Numbered from the stretch's first letter, positions 37,160 to 47,360 are shown. The stretch: 64,000 nucleotides of DNA from Candidatus Lustribacter sp. (GCA_965277805.1 OZ255842.1:928001-992000), one strand, 5' to 3'. Program-made: numbers and translations. The notes: generated by a model not told the origin, from the sequence alone.

Positions 37160-40100
37160 CGCCGTTTACGCGGCGCAGCCTCGCGCTGATTGCCATGCTT
37201 TCGCTCGCGCCCGTGGCGTTCGCGCGCGCCGCGGACAACCCGCCGGCGGCCGGTGTCGCGCTGGTTGCGGCCGCACCGCTGATTGTCGAACCGGCCACCG
37301 GTTCCGTGTTGGACAAACCGTCGACCGACGTCGTCGTGCGATCGGCGCCCGGCGATAAGGTGCAGTTGATGGTCAACGGCGTCGCCGTCAAAGACGATCA
37401 GATCGGTGTCCTCGGACGTGCCGATGACGGCAGCCAGGTTGAAACGTGGATCGGCGTGTCGCTCGATTCCGGCCGCAACGTCATCAGCGCGCGCGTCGAT
37501 CGCGGCACGGGCGCGTCCGCTCCGGTCGAGAGCATCGTGAACGTTCGCGGCAGTGCGAAGAAGCTGGTGCTGAAGGCGAGCCGTATGTCGGCGCCGGCTG
37601 ACGGCCGCACGAACATCTCGATCAGCGGTCAGCTGATGGACGGCAACAACCTGCTCGCCGCGCGCGACGGCATGGTGCGCCTGGCCGCGACCGCGGGCGA
37701 CTTCGTCGGCGATAGCGCGCAACCCGAAATGCCGGGCTTCTACGTGCGAGCCCATGACGGGCAATTCAACGCCGTCCTGCGCGCGCCGCTGCATTCGGGC
37801 ACGGCCCACATCACGGCGTCGATGGCGAACCTCACGGCGACGCTCGACCTCGAGATGACGACGGAACTGCGCCCGAGCATCGCGACCGGCGTAGTCGACC
37901 TGCGCTTCGGCGCGCGTCAGTCGGACTTCTACAAAAGCATCTCGACGTTCTTAGACGGCGATCCGAGTTTCAAACCGGAACTGCAGACGTCTGTCTTTGC
38001 CACCGGGAAGGTCGGCAACTACCTGCTCACAGTGGCCGGCGACAACCTTTATCCGATCAACCCGCCGTGCGACGGCCGGATCGGCGTCACCACGTACGAA
38101 CAACAAGCCGCCTGCACCCCGCAGTACCCGATCTACGGCGATGAGTCGACGTCGACGCGTCTCGCGCAGTCTAGCGACAACGTGTTCTTCCGGCTCGAGC
38201 GCGAGCGGACGTACGCGATGTGGGGCGACTACGACACCAAAGAGTGGGCGTCGGCCACGCAGCTCTATTCGGCAACGCAGATGAACCTGCACGGCGCCAA
38301 GCTCAACTACGAGCCCGGCAAACTCGAAATCGCGAGCTTCTACGCCAACAACATCCAGGCGTTCCAGCGCGATTCGATCGCACCCGACGGCACGAGCGGC
38401 TACTACTACCTCTCGCACCAGCTGGTCGTTCCGGGCAGTGAAACCGTGTTCGTCGAGGCGCATCTCTTCAATCAGCCCGGCGTCATCGAAACGGTCACGC
38501 CCTACGTGCGCGGCATCGGCTACGACATCGACTACGATAACGGCCAGATCTTGTTCCACAACCCGATCGTGCGCACCGACATCGACCCGCAAGGCCGTGT
38601 GATCGTCAACGTGATCGTTGCGACGTACGAATACGACGGCGGTCAAGGTTCGGGCGACATGGTAGGTGGGCGCGTGCGCTACCGTTCGTTCATTCCGCAA
38701 AACGATACGCAGACGCCGTTCTCGATCGGCGCATCGGTCGTGCACGAGAACATGGGCGACGCGTCGTTCACGCTCAACGGCGTCGACGCCGGCGCGCCGC
38801 TCGGCAAGATCGGAAAGCTGATCGCAGAGTACGCGCAATCGAGTAACGACGCGAGCGCGTCGGGCGCGGTCACCGGCAATGCCTATCGCCTCGAGGCCGC
38901 ACTGCAGTCCGGGAAGACGACCGGTAACGCGTACTACCGCACCACGACCGCCGGGTTCTCGAACAACGCGACCACGAGCTTCACGCCCGGCGAAACGCAG
39001 CAAGGCCTGAACTTCGATACGCCGGTAGCCCATCACACGAGCGCGTTCCTCACTTATGATCGCGAACGCGAGAACGGCATCGCGCCGGAAGTCCTCACCG
39101 ATCCGGAAGATCTGCTGCTGCCCGGCAACGCGCAGGTTCCGGGCGCGCCGGTCAACACCGACTACATGACGCTCGGCGGCGGCGTACGGCAACTGATCGG
39201 CACGGGCAAGCTTTCGCTCGAATATGACGTGCACGAGCAGACCGACTTCAACGAGCCGCTGGTCGACACCAATTCCTCGCAGCTCATCGCGCGCTACTTG
39301 CAGCCGTTCGGCAAACGCTTCACCTTCTTGGCCGAAGACGACATCAATCTGCGCTCGCAGGTCGATCCCTTGTATCCCAGCCGCTTCGCGCTCGGCCTCG
39401 AGTACAGCGTGGCTCCGGGCGTTGCCGTCGCCGCGACCCATCAATACATGAAAGACTTGCAGAGCGGACCGCAGACCTTCAACACGATCGAAGCCATGGC
39501 CGATGACAAACTCGACGCGAACACGTCGTTCACCGGGCGCTATGCGATTCTCGGCGGCCTCGACGGGTACGATGCGACGAGCGCCTTCGGCCTCAAGCAT
39601 CTGTTCAGGATCGCGAAGGGCGTGAGCGCGAGCGCGGCCTACGAATACCTCAACGGCAGCGTCTTCGATCTCACGCCGTCCGGCATGCAGTTCGCACAGC
39701 CCTACGCGGTCGGCCAGCAAGGTACGACGGCGCTCGGGATCAGCGGCGGTACGAGCCTCAGCCTCAGCACGACCTATGCCGGCAGCCAGTACCTCAAGGG
39801 CTCGGCACGCTACGAGCACCGCGTCTCCGACCAGGGTTCGAATACGACGTACAGTTTCGGCGGCGCGGGCAAGCTCTCCGACGCGGTGTCGCTCTTGGCG
39901 GGCTTCGATTCCGCCGGCGGCGCCAATCAAACCTTGGGCGGGCTCGCGGCCAGTTCCGATTTCCGCGTTGGTGCCGCCTATCGCAATCCATACACAGATA
40001 CGACGAACGCGCTCTTGCGCTACGAGATCGACGTCAATCCGGGCATCACGCCGGCCACATTGCTGCAAGGCGCGGGCACCTGGACGAAAGACAATACGCT

Positions 40101-40557
40101 CGCGCTTGAAGTGCTGCACGACCCCTCGCAACGGCTCGAACTCTACGGCAAGTTCGCCTTCCGCGCAACGACGGCGTATCTGTCGGGTGATTTCTCCAAT
40201 GCCACGTACACGTCGCTTGCGCAGGCGCGCGCTACGTACCGCGTCGGACGGCGCTGGGATACGACGTTAGAATTGCGCTGGATCGCGCAGAACGTCACCT
40301 ACTACAGCGCCATCGGTGAAGTGGCCGAAGCCGGTTACGCGTTCGGTGACGATCTGCGCGGCGCGATCGGCTGGTCGTTTGGCCAGACCAACGATCCGGC
40401 GTTCTTCGGCTCAAACGGCCGCGGCGGCATCTACTTCGACGTCACCGCGCGTATTCACGAACTGTGGCCGGGCTTCGGCCTGCAGAAGGCGCCGCTCGCC
40501 GATCTCACCGCTACCGGCGTTCCCGCCGCAGCCGCCGTACCTGTGGGGCGCAAGTGA
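37156..40557 (+). CDS. Large putative outer-membrane beta-barrel protein with N-terminal Ig-like (invasin-type) domains
   Basis: GTG start overlapping the upstream stop; signal peptide; 'PADGRT' Ig-like motif; 'YPIYGDES'; long run of amphipathic beta-strands ending 'GGIYFDVTAR'. Confidence 0.72.
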   Translation: MTPFTRRSLALIAMLSLAPVAFARAADNPPAAGVALVAAAPLIVEPATGSVLDKPSTDVVVRSAPGDKVQLMVNGVAVKDDQIGVLGRADDGSQVETWIGVSLDSGRNVISARVDRGTGASAPVESIVNVRGSAKKLVLKASRMSAPADGRTNISISGQLMDGNNLLAARDGMVRLAATAGDFVGDSAQPEMPGFYVRAHDGQFNAVLRAPLHSGTAHITASMANLTATLDLEMTTELRPSIATGVVDLRFGARQSDFYKSISTFLDGDPSFKPELQTSVFATGKVGNYLLTVAGDNLYPINPPCDGRIGVTTYEQQAACTPQYPIYGDESTSTRLAQSSDNVFFRLERERTYAMWGDYDTKEWASATQLYSATQMNLHGAKLNYEPGKLEIASFYANNIQAFQRDSIAPDGTSGYYYLSHQLVVPGSETVFVEAHLFNQPGVIETVTPYVRGIGYDIDYDNGQILFHNPIVRTDIDPQGRVIVNVIVATYEYDGGQGSGDMVGGRVRYRSFIPQNDTQTPFSIGASVVHENMGDASFTLNGVDAGAPLGKIGKLIAEYAQSSNDASASGAVTGNAYRLEAALQSGKTTGNAYYRTTTAGFSNNATTSFTPGETQQGLNFDTPVAHHTSAFLTYDRERENGIAPEVLTDPEDLLLPGNAQVPGAPVNTDYMTLGGGVRQLIGTGKLSLEYDVHEQTDFNEPLVDTNSSQLIARYLQPFGKRFTFLAEDDINLRSQVDPLYPSRFALGLEYSVAPGVAVAATHQYMKDLQSGPQTFNTIEAMADDKLDANTSFTGRYAILGGLDGYDATSAFGLKHLFRIAKGVSASAAYEYLNGSVFDLTPSGMQFAQPYAVGQQGTTALGISGGTSLSLSTTYAGSQYLKGSARYEHRVSDQGSNTTYSFGGAGKLSDAVSLLAGFDSAGGANQTLGGLAASSDFRVGAAYRNPYTDTTNALLRYEIDVNPGITPATLLQGAGTWTKDNTLALEVLHDPSQRLELYGKFAFRATTAYLSGDFSNATYTSLAQARATYRVGRRWDTTLELRWIAQNVTYYSAIGEVAEAGYAFGDDLRGAIGWSFGQTNDPAFFGSNGRGGIYFDVTARIHELWPGFGLQKAPLADLTATGVPAAAAVPVGRK

Positions 40558-43500
40558 AACTCCGCCGCGTTTTCACGGCCTTACTCGTGCTCGTCCTTTT
40601 CGGCTCGATGCTGCAACGGCCGCTACCCGCGCTCGCCGCACCGCCGTTGCTCGACGTGATCACGCTCGATCCGCTCGCTGCGGGCTCGAGCGGGCAAACG
40701 GGCACAGTTCCGTTTGATGCGACCTCGTTCAACCCGGGCGGTGGAACAAATCCGGGCACCGATAGTTCGGCGACCGATCACATCGTGCGCACCAACGACA
40801 CGATCGCTTACGATTTTCAGTACAGCGTCAACAGCGCGCCCGGACTCAACATCACGCTGACCAGCGTCCTTGGCCAGTACCTCGGCGCCGACGTCGCTGA
40901 CTGGACGACCATCCCGGCCGGATGCGGCGCCGGTTCATCGATCAGCGGCGACGGGCAAACGCTCGTGTGCGACATCGGGGCCGTTGCACAGGGCAGCGCG
41001 CAAGACGTGATCGCTTCGGCGAAGATCCGCGTCACCGCACCCAACGGCGCGACGATCGCGCCGAGCATCACGGTCGATGACCCGGGCAACGTTGGCACGG
41101 TTCCCGTGACCAACGCCGGCTATTGGATCAACCAGTCGACGCCGTCGACGACGACGATGGACACGATCACGTCGGTCGGCAAGTACAATGCGATGAAGCA
41201 GTCAGCGGTCGCGAAGCCCGTCATCGAGCCGTACACCTACTTCGGTGACGGCGGCGTGCAAGGGTACTACATCGATTTCCCGGTCCTCGTTCGCGAGGGC
41301 GACGGTACGGCCGGCGGCAAGTACGGCATCGCGCCGGCGGGCTCGCCGATCACGATCACCGATACCCTCTCGCCCGGCCTCAACTCGACCCTTGCCCTGA
41401 GCAATGCGTGCGGCATCAACGGCAGCGGGATCACGATCCAGAACGAGCCCTACGGCGCGATCGGCGTCACCGGAAGCGCCACCTCCGCCAACAGCGTCGT
41501 GAATTCTGGAACGATCACGTGCACGCAGGCCGGCGGTGCCGGAACCCCCGTGACGATTACGATCACCGGTGCCAACACCAGCGGCTCATCGTTCCCGGTG
41601 AACAAGGCCGGCAGCGCGGGCATCGACAACCTCACCTACGTCGTCGCGGGCTACCTGCGCCTCTGGGTTCCCGACACGACCGGAAACCTCGGCGCGACCG
41701 GCAACGTGCAAGGTTTCTCCGACACGTATACGGGCATCGACCCGGGCGAACCGGACGAGCTTCCGGCCAATCTCACCGCAACGACGAACCTGACGGCCGA
41801 AGGCCCGGCGGGCGCGAGCGGTAACGGCGGCAAGGCATTCTTCCAAACGACGAGCGAGAACGGGTTCCCGTTCAACAACTCCAACGGACCGGCGCTGACC
41901 GCGGGCAGCCCGCTCGTCTCGGTGTTCGAATTCAACAACACCTCGAGCGCGTCGACGGGCTCGGTGACGATCAATAGTCTCACCGCGTGCGACACGATCG
42001 ACACGGCCCACATCTTGGTCACGCCGTTCAGCGGAGCGGCCGGATTTGCGACCGACTCGCTGTGGGGCGGCGCGGTTCACCTTTCGAACCTGAACGGGGG
42101 ATCGTTCACCGATGGTTCGCCGCCGGCCGGGTTCACCGTTTCTTACGGCGATTCGAGCACCGCGGCCGATTGCACGACCGGAACGTTCAAGGCGTCGGCA
42201 AGCGATGCATCGTTCACCGCGCTCAACCCGATCGCGCGCGTGAAGTTCACGATGACGTCGCTCGCTCCCGGGCAAGAGTTGCGCGTGCAGCTGTCTCAGA
42301 CCGTCAACTCGGGTCTGGCTGCCGGTACGATCGTACACAATACCGTAACGGCAACCGGGACGGCGAGCACCGGCGGGCCGGCGTTCTCGCGCACGGCGTC
42401 GACCACCGGTCAGATCTTCACGACGAACCTCGGCATCACGAAGTACCTCTTCAAAAACGTTGCGGGCGCCGGGGTGTTCAATGCGAACGGCACGCAACCA
42501 CCGGGCGCGAGCGGCCGTTCGTCGGGCACCGCCGGTCTGGTGGATACCAATCAGGAGATCGTCGCGGCGCTCGACGATGACGGATCGCAAGGCACGCTGC
42601 CGTCGAGCAACGTCGTAACGTGCGACATCGTGCCGCCGAACATGTCGATCAAAGACTTCGATCTGGTCACGAACACGACGCCGGTAACGGGACCGGTCAC
42701 GTTCCTGACGGTCAGCGGAACCGCGCCGTCGTCGGAACTCGTGGAATATTCCACGGTGCCGACCTTCGGCGGCGACTCGTGTACCGATGCGGGCGGCGGC
42801 TGGACGTCGACGGAGCCTTCACCGCGCAGCGCGATCACCCGCGTTCGCGTGACCTACACGTTGCCGGCCGAAACGCGCGAACGTATCTTCGTGAACTTCC
42901 AAGTCGCATCGTCCGCGGCTCCGAACACGCTGATCACCAACAATACCGTCACGACCGTCGGCGGCGTGAACCTGCAAACTGCAACGCAGAGCGTAACGGT
43001 TGAACCCGAAACGGTCTCAGTAACGAAGACCGGCCCGAGCGGCTCGGTGACGGCGGGTACGCCCGCATCGTTCACGATCCAAGGATACGTGCAGGGCCCG
43101 GGATCGCCGCAATCGGGTACGGTGACGGTCGTCGATACGCTGCCCGTCGGCCTCACCTACGTGCCGAGCTCGACCGTGCTCACGAACCCGCCCGCGCCGA
43201 CCACCTGGCAGAGCGGCAGCGATAATGCCACGCCGGTGATCACGATGAGCGGACCGAATCAAGTCTTGACCTGGACGCTCGGCACCGCGACCGCCAATCC
43301 GGGCGTGTTCATCCAATTGCCGACGATCACGTTCTCGACCAATACCGACATTTCACTGAGCGGCGGAACGCTGATGAACTCGGCCACGATCGTCGATACG
43401 GCTGACGGCAATCCCGGCGGGCCTAATCACACGGCCACCGCGTCGGTGCTGGTCTCCAATCCGGGCGCGTTCCATATTTCGAAGACGACGACGACGCCGC

Positions 43501-44426
43501 AAATCAACACCGGCGGCACGATCACGTGGCAGTTGAACTACGCCAACACGGGAACGACCGCGGCGACATCGACCGACTTCATCGACATCCTGCCCTACTC
43601 GGGCGACACGCGCGGCAGCAGCTTCCACGGAACGATCACGCTCGTGTCGGCAGCGGGCACCAACGGCGAAACGCTGCAGTACACGAAGCAGCCGCCAGCG
43701 CAAATCAACGAGGATCCGGGCTGCACGTCCAACGGCGGCGTCGTGACGCCGCCGACCGGTGGCTGTCAGAGCTTCAGCGCCGCGACCTGGTGCCCGGCGC
43801 TGAGCGGCGGCGCGTGTCCGTCAACGCTCGCGCAAGTGACGGCGATTCGGATCGGCGGCGGCGCGTTGCCGGGACCGTCCGGAACGCGCACGATCACCGT
43901 GCAGGCGAGCACGAGCGGTAACGTCTTTACCGATGTGTACTGGAACACGTTCGGCGCCCGAACGAGCATCTTGACCCTCGGCGTGCATTCGCCGCCGGTC
44001 GAGACGATCGTGCCGACGCCGCCGACGGCATTCCTCACGCTCGTGAAGTCGTGCCTCGCGCCGCCGACCTGCATCACCGCATCCCAAGCGCCGGGAACCG
44101 ACATTACCTACGGCATCTCCGCGACCAACACCGGCGGCCACGCATCGGCGCAAGTGGTGATCACCGATCCGATGCCGCCGAACATGGACTTCAAACTCGG
44201 CACGGCGTCGGCCACGTTCCCGGGCGGCGTGACGATCGTGATCTCCTATAGTTCCGATCCGGCATTGTCCACGTTCACGTACGCGCCGGTCAGCGGCGGC
44301 GGCGGCGCGGCGACGGGATACGATCGCAACGTCACCGGCGTGCGCTGGACGATGACGGCCGGGCAACTTGCTGCCGTCGGCGTGAACGATTCCGGCAGCG
44401 TCCAATTCACGGCGGCAATTCGATGA
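40554..44426 (+). CDS. Large secreted multi-DUF11 adhesin-like protein
   Basis: Signal peptide (ALA); tandem 'K-T...G....(Y/F)T...N.G...D.LP' repeats, paired Cys, T/S/G-rich; ends 'SGSVQFTAAIR'. Confidence 0.82.
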   Translation: MKLRRVFTALLVLVLFGSMLQRPLPALAAPPLLDVITLDPLAAGSSGQTGTVPFDATSFNPGGGTNPGTDSSATDHIVRTNDTIAYDFQYSVNSAPGLNITLTSVLGQYLGADVADWTTIPAGCGAGSSISGDGQTLVCDIGAVAQGSAQDVIASAKIRVTAPNGATIAPSITVDDPGNVGTVPVTNAGYWINQSTPSTTTMDTITSVGKYNAMKQSAVAKPVIEPYTYFGDGGVQGYYIDFPVLVREGDGTAGGKYGIAPAGSPITITDTLSPGLNSTLALSNACGINGSGITIQNEPYGAIGVTGSATSANSVVNSGTITCTQAGGAGTPVTITITGANTSGSSFPVNKAGSAGIDNLTYVVAGYLRLWVPDTTGNLGATGNVQGFSDTYTGIDPGEPDELPANLTATTNLTAEGPAGASGNGGKAFFQTTSENGFPFNNSNGPALTAGSPLVSVFEFNNTSSASTGSVTINSLTACDTIDTAHILVTPFSGAAGFATDSLWGGAVHLSNLNGGSFTDGSPPAGFTVSYGDSSTAADCTTGTFKASASDASFTALNPIARVKFTMTSLAPGQELRVQLSQTVNSGLAAGTIVHNTVTATGTASTGGPAFSRTASTTGQIFTTNLGITKYLFKNVAGAGVFNANGTQPPGASGRSSGTAGLVDTNQEIVAALDDDGSQGTLPSSNVVTCDIVPPNMSIKDFDLVTNTTPVTGPVTFLTVSGTAPSSELVEYSTVPTFGGDSCTDAGGGWTSTEPSPRSAITRVRVTYTLPAETRERIFVNFQVASSAAPNTLITNNTVTTVGGVNLQTATQSVTVEPETVSVTKTGPSGSVTAGTPASFTIQGYVQGPGSPQSGTVTVVDTLPVGLTYVPSSTVLTNPPAPTTWQSGSDNATPVITMSGPNQVLTWTLGTATANPGVFIQLPTITFSTNTDISLSGGTLMNSATIVDTADGNPGGPNHTATASVLVSNPGAFHISKTTTTPQINTGGTITWQLNYANTGTTAATSTDFIDILPYSGDTRGSSFHGTITLVSAAGTNGETLQYTKQPPAQINEDPGCTSNGGVVTPPTGGCQSFSAATWCPALSGGACPSTLAQVTAIRIGGGALPGPSGTRTITVQASTSGNVFTDVYWNTFGARTSILTLGVHSPPVETIVPTPPTAFLTLVKSCLAPPTCITASQAPGTDITYGISATNTGGHASAQVVITDPMPPNMDFKLGTASATFPGGVTIVISYSSDPALSTFTYAPVSGGGGAATGYDRNVTGVRWTMTAGQLAAVGVNDSGSVQFTAAIR

Positions 44427-45478
44427 ATCGCATACAACGGGTCTTGATCGTTCTCGGCGCAAGCGCCGCGCTCGCAGCGTGCGGCGGCGGCGGTAACACG
44501 TCGTCGTTCGGCGGCACGACGTTCACCGTCTCCGGATCGGGCGGCCCGGCCCCGGCGCCGACCGCGACGCCGATTCCCGGACCGGTCACGGTGACCGGAA
44601 CGATAACGCAAATTACGAACACCAGCTTTGGCCCCACCGCACCCCAGTTGCCGCTCGGCGGTGCGGTGGTCGTCATCGGTCCGGCGCTCGTGCCCGGTGC
44701 AACGCCGCCGCCGGTTCCGCCGGCCGGCGACGTGCAGGTAACGACGTCGGCGAACGGCACGTACAGCGCGACGCTGGCGTCCGGTCCCGCACCCTCGTTG
44801 TCCGCGCAAGCCTCGTACGATTTTCCCTTGAACAATCTCGCGGGCGTGACGCCGCCGGCAAGCGGTTATTACATCAGCGTGTTCGCAGCGGGCAGCGACG
44901 GCAAAACTGCCGGCGCGCCGCTGCCGGTGCACGCATTTTCGGGACTCGGTGCCGGCAACGTTCTCGCGACGCAACGCGTGACGACGGCGACGCCCGATGA
45001 AGCGAACTTCCTCGCGCTCGTCAACACCGATCGCACGACGGCGAACCCGCTCGCGCTGCCGATGATCTTCGATGAGTACGCGGAGGAAGCAGCGCGCCTG
45101 CACGCCACCGACGAAGCGACGAACAACTACTACTGCCACTACGATACGCAGAACCGCGGCCCCGGTTCGCGCTATCTTGCGCTGCTGGCCCTCGGGCAAG
45201 ACAACGAGAACATCGGCAAGACCTCCGGCACCGATGCGGTTGGTTCGTACACCGTCACCGAAGCCGCGTTCATGGCGGAATCTTCGACGAACGGCGGCCA
45301 CTACACGAACATCATCGATTCGACGCACGCTTGGGCCGGTGTCTCGACGGTCGTGGCCGGCCCCTCCGCGCAGTACGTCGACCAGGAATTCGTGTCGCCG
45401 CACGGCACCGACCCCTACGTCTACCCGAATTTCACCGGCTCCGCGTGCCCGCCCGGCGTGGTCCCGAACAACTCGTAG
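44423..45478 (+). CDS. Lipoprotein with a C-terminal CAP (SCP-like) domain
   Basis: Lipobox 'ALAAC'; 'AARLHATD...YYCH', 'ENIG', 'GHYTNII'. Confidence 0.78.
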   Translation: MNRIQRVLIVLGASAALAACGGGGNTSSFGGTTFTVSGSGGPAPAPTATPIPGPVTVTGTITQITNTSFGPTAPQLPLGGAVVVIGPALVPGATPPPVPPAGDVQVTTSANGTYSATLASGPAPSLSAQASYDFPLNNLAGVTPPASGYYISVFAAGSDGKTAGAPLPVHAFSGLGAGNVLATQRVTTATPDEANFLALVNTDRTTANPLALPMIFDEYAEEAARLHATDEATNNYYCHYDTQNRGPGSRYLALLALGQDNENIGKTSGTDAVGSYTVTEAAFMAESSTNGGHYTNIIDSTHAWAGVSTVVAGPSAQYVDQEFVSPHGTDPYVYPNFTGSACPPGVVPNNS

Positions 45479-45528
45479 ATTCCCCCGTACGGGGACGGTG
45501 ACGGCCCTTTATCGAAATAGCTGGGGTT

Positions 45529-45825
45529 ATGGCCACGGAACGGATCGATGTGCGCGGGGTCGCGCGTTTGGCGCGGCTCGCGCTCAGTGACGAAGAGATC
45601 GAGCGCTACGGCGCGCAGCTCGAGGACCTGCTCAAGCACGTCGACGACCTCAAGCAACTGGACACCTCCGACGTCGCGGCGACCGCGCAGGTTATCGAGT
45701 CGCGCAACGTCATGCGTCCCGATGTCCTCGCGCCGTGCCTCGATCACGATGCCGTGATGGCCGGCGCGCCGCAGCCGCAGCACGGCTTTTTTCGCGTCCC
45801 GAAGATCATCGCCGAGGCCGGTTGA
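45529..45825 (+). CDS. gatC: Asp/Glu-tRNA amidotransferase subunit C
   Basis: 'VARLARLAL', 'NVMRPD', 'FFRVPKII'. Confidence 0.96.
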   Translation: MATERIDVRGVARLARLALSDEEIERYGAQLEDLLKHVDDLKQLDTSDVAATAQVIESRNVMRPDVLAPCLDHDAVMAGAPQPQHGFFRVPKIIAEAG

Positions 45826-47318
45826 TGGATCCGGTTCGCGCTTCCGCCCGCGAGATCGCGCGCGCGGTCAATGCCCGTGAAATTTCGGCGGCCGAAATCG
45901 CCGAGACGATGATCCCGCACGTCGCCTCCGTCGACGAGCATCTCGGCGCGTACCTGACGCTCACGCCCGAGCTGATGCGCGAAAGCGCACGCAAGGTCGA
46001 CGCGCGCATCGCGGCTGGCGAATCGCTGCCGCTGGCCGGGGTGCCCGCCGCGATCAAAGACAACATGTGCCTGCTCGGCACGCGCACCACGTGCGCCTCG
46101 AAAATTCTCGAGCAGTGGATCGCGCCGTACACCGGCACGGCCGTTGCGCGTCTGCTCGACGCGGGTGCCTTGCCGATCGGTAAGACGAACATGGATGAGT
46201 TCGCGATGGGCAGCTCGGGTGAAAACTCGGCGCTCGGCACGACGAAAAACCCGTACGACTTCGACCGCGTTCCCGGCGGCTCGTCGGCCGGCAGTGCGGC
46301 AGCCGTGGGCGGCTACGTGGCGACGATTTCCACCGGCAGCGATACCGGCGGTTCGATTCGCGAACCGGCGGCGTTCTGCAACGTCGTCGGGTTCAAGCCG
46401 ACCTACGGGCGCGTTTCGCGCTACGGATTGATCGCGTTTGCCTCGAGCCTGGATCAGATCGGGCCGTTCGCGCGCACCGTGGAAGATGCGGCGCTGACGT
46501 ACGACGCAATGGGCGGTCACGACGCGATGGACGCGACCAGCGTCGACATGCCGTTCGAGACGACCGCCGGCCACCTGCGCGAAGATCTGCGCGGCGTGCG
46601 CGTCGGCATCGTCAAGGAATTCGCCACCTCCGATCTCGCACCGGACGTTGCCGCAGCGTACGAAGCGGCCTATGCCGATCTCGCAAAGCTCGGCGCCGAA
46701 CTGGTCGAGGTCGAGTTGCCGACGGCCAAGTACGGCCTCTCGACGTACTATCTCATCGCGCCGGCCGAATGCTCGTCGAACCTCGCGCGCTTCGACGGCG
46801 TGCGCTACGGCCTGCGCGTCGACGGCGCCGACGTCGGCGAGATGTATGAGAAGACGCGCGCCGCGGGCTTCGGCCCCGAGGTGAAGCGCCGGATCCTCAT
46901 CGGCACCTATGCGCTTTCGAGCGGCTACTACGACGCGTACTACGTCAAGGCGCAGAAAGCACGCACGCGCATCGCCGACGATTTTCGGCGCGCGTTCGCA
47001 AAGTGCGACGTCATCGCATCGCCCGCTGCGTCCTCACCCGCGTTCACCTTCAACGCCAAGAGCGATCCCTACAGCATGTACCTGATGGACTATTACACGA
47101 TCCCCGTCTCACTCGCCGGCCTGCCGTCGCTCTCGATCCCATGTGGCTCCGCACTGCCCGAAGGCGGCTCGCGCCCGATGCCGCTCGGCCTGCAACTCGC
47201 GAGCCCGCTCTTCACCGAACGCGCCCTCCTCGGCTACGCCCACGCCTACGAACGCGCGACGCAACACGCGACGAAGTTGACCGTATGTCATCCCGAGCTT
47301 GTCGAGGGATCGCGATAA
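45825..47318 (+). CDS. gatA: Asp/Glu-tRNA amidotransferase subunit A
   Basis: Amidase signature 'GKTNMDEFAMGSS', 'PGGSSAGSAAAV', 'GSDTGGSIR', 'SSNLARFDGVRYG'. Confidence 0.98.
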   Translation: MDPVRASAREIARAVNAREISAAEIAETMIPHVASVDEHLGAYLTLTPELMRESARKVDARIAAGESLPLAGVPAAIKDNMCLLGTRTTCASKILEQWIAPYTGTAVARLLDAGALPIGKTNMDEFAMGSSGENSALGTTKNPYDFDRVPGGSSAGSAAAVGGYVATISTGSDTGGSIREPAAFCNVVGFKPTYGRVSRYGLIAFASSLDQIGPFARTVEDAALTYDAMGGHDAMDATSVDMPFETTAGHLREDLRGVRVGIVKEFATSDLAPDVAAAYEAAYADLAKLGAELVEVELPTAKYGLSTYYLIAPAECSSNLARFDGVRYGLRVDGADVGEMYEKTRAAGFGPEVKRRILIGTYALSSGYYDAYYVKAQKARTRIADDFRRAFAKCDVIASPAASSPAFTFNAKSDPYSMYLMDYYTIPVSLAGLPSLSIPCGSALPEGGSRPMPLGLQLASPLFTERALLGYAHAYERATQHATKLTVCHPELVEGSR

Positions 47319-47360
47319 TGGCGACGACTGAGGCGGCCCTTCGACAAGCTCAGGGTGACA
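47286..47360. repeat. Inverted pair of REP-like repeats (copies 2 and 3) spanning the gatA stop and gatB start
   Basis: TGTCATCCCGAGCTTGTCGAGGGA ... CCTTCGACAAGCTCAGGGTGACA. Confidence 0.85.
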
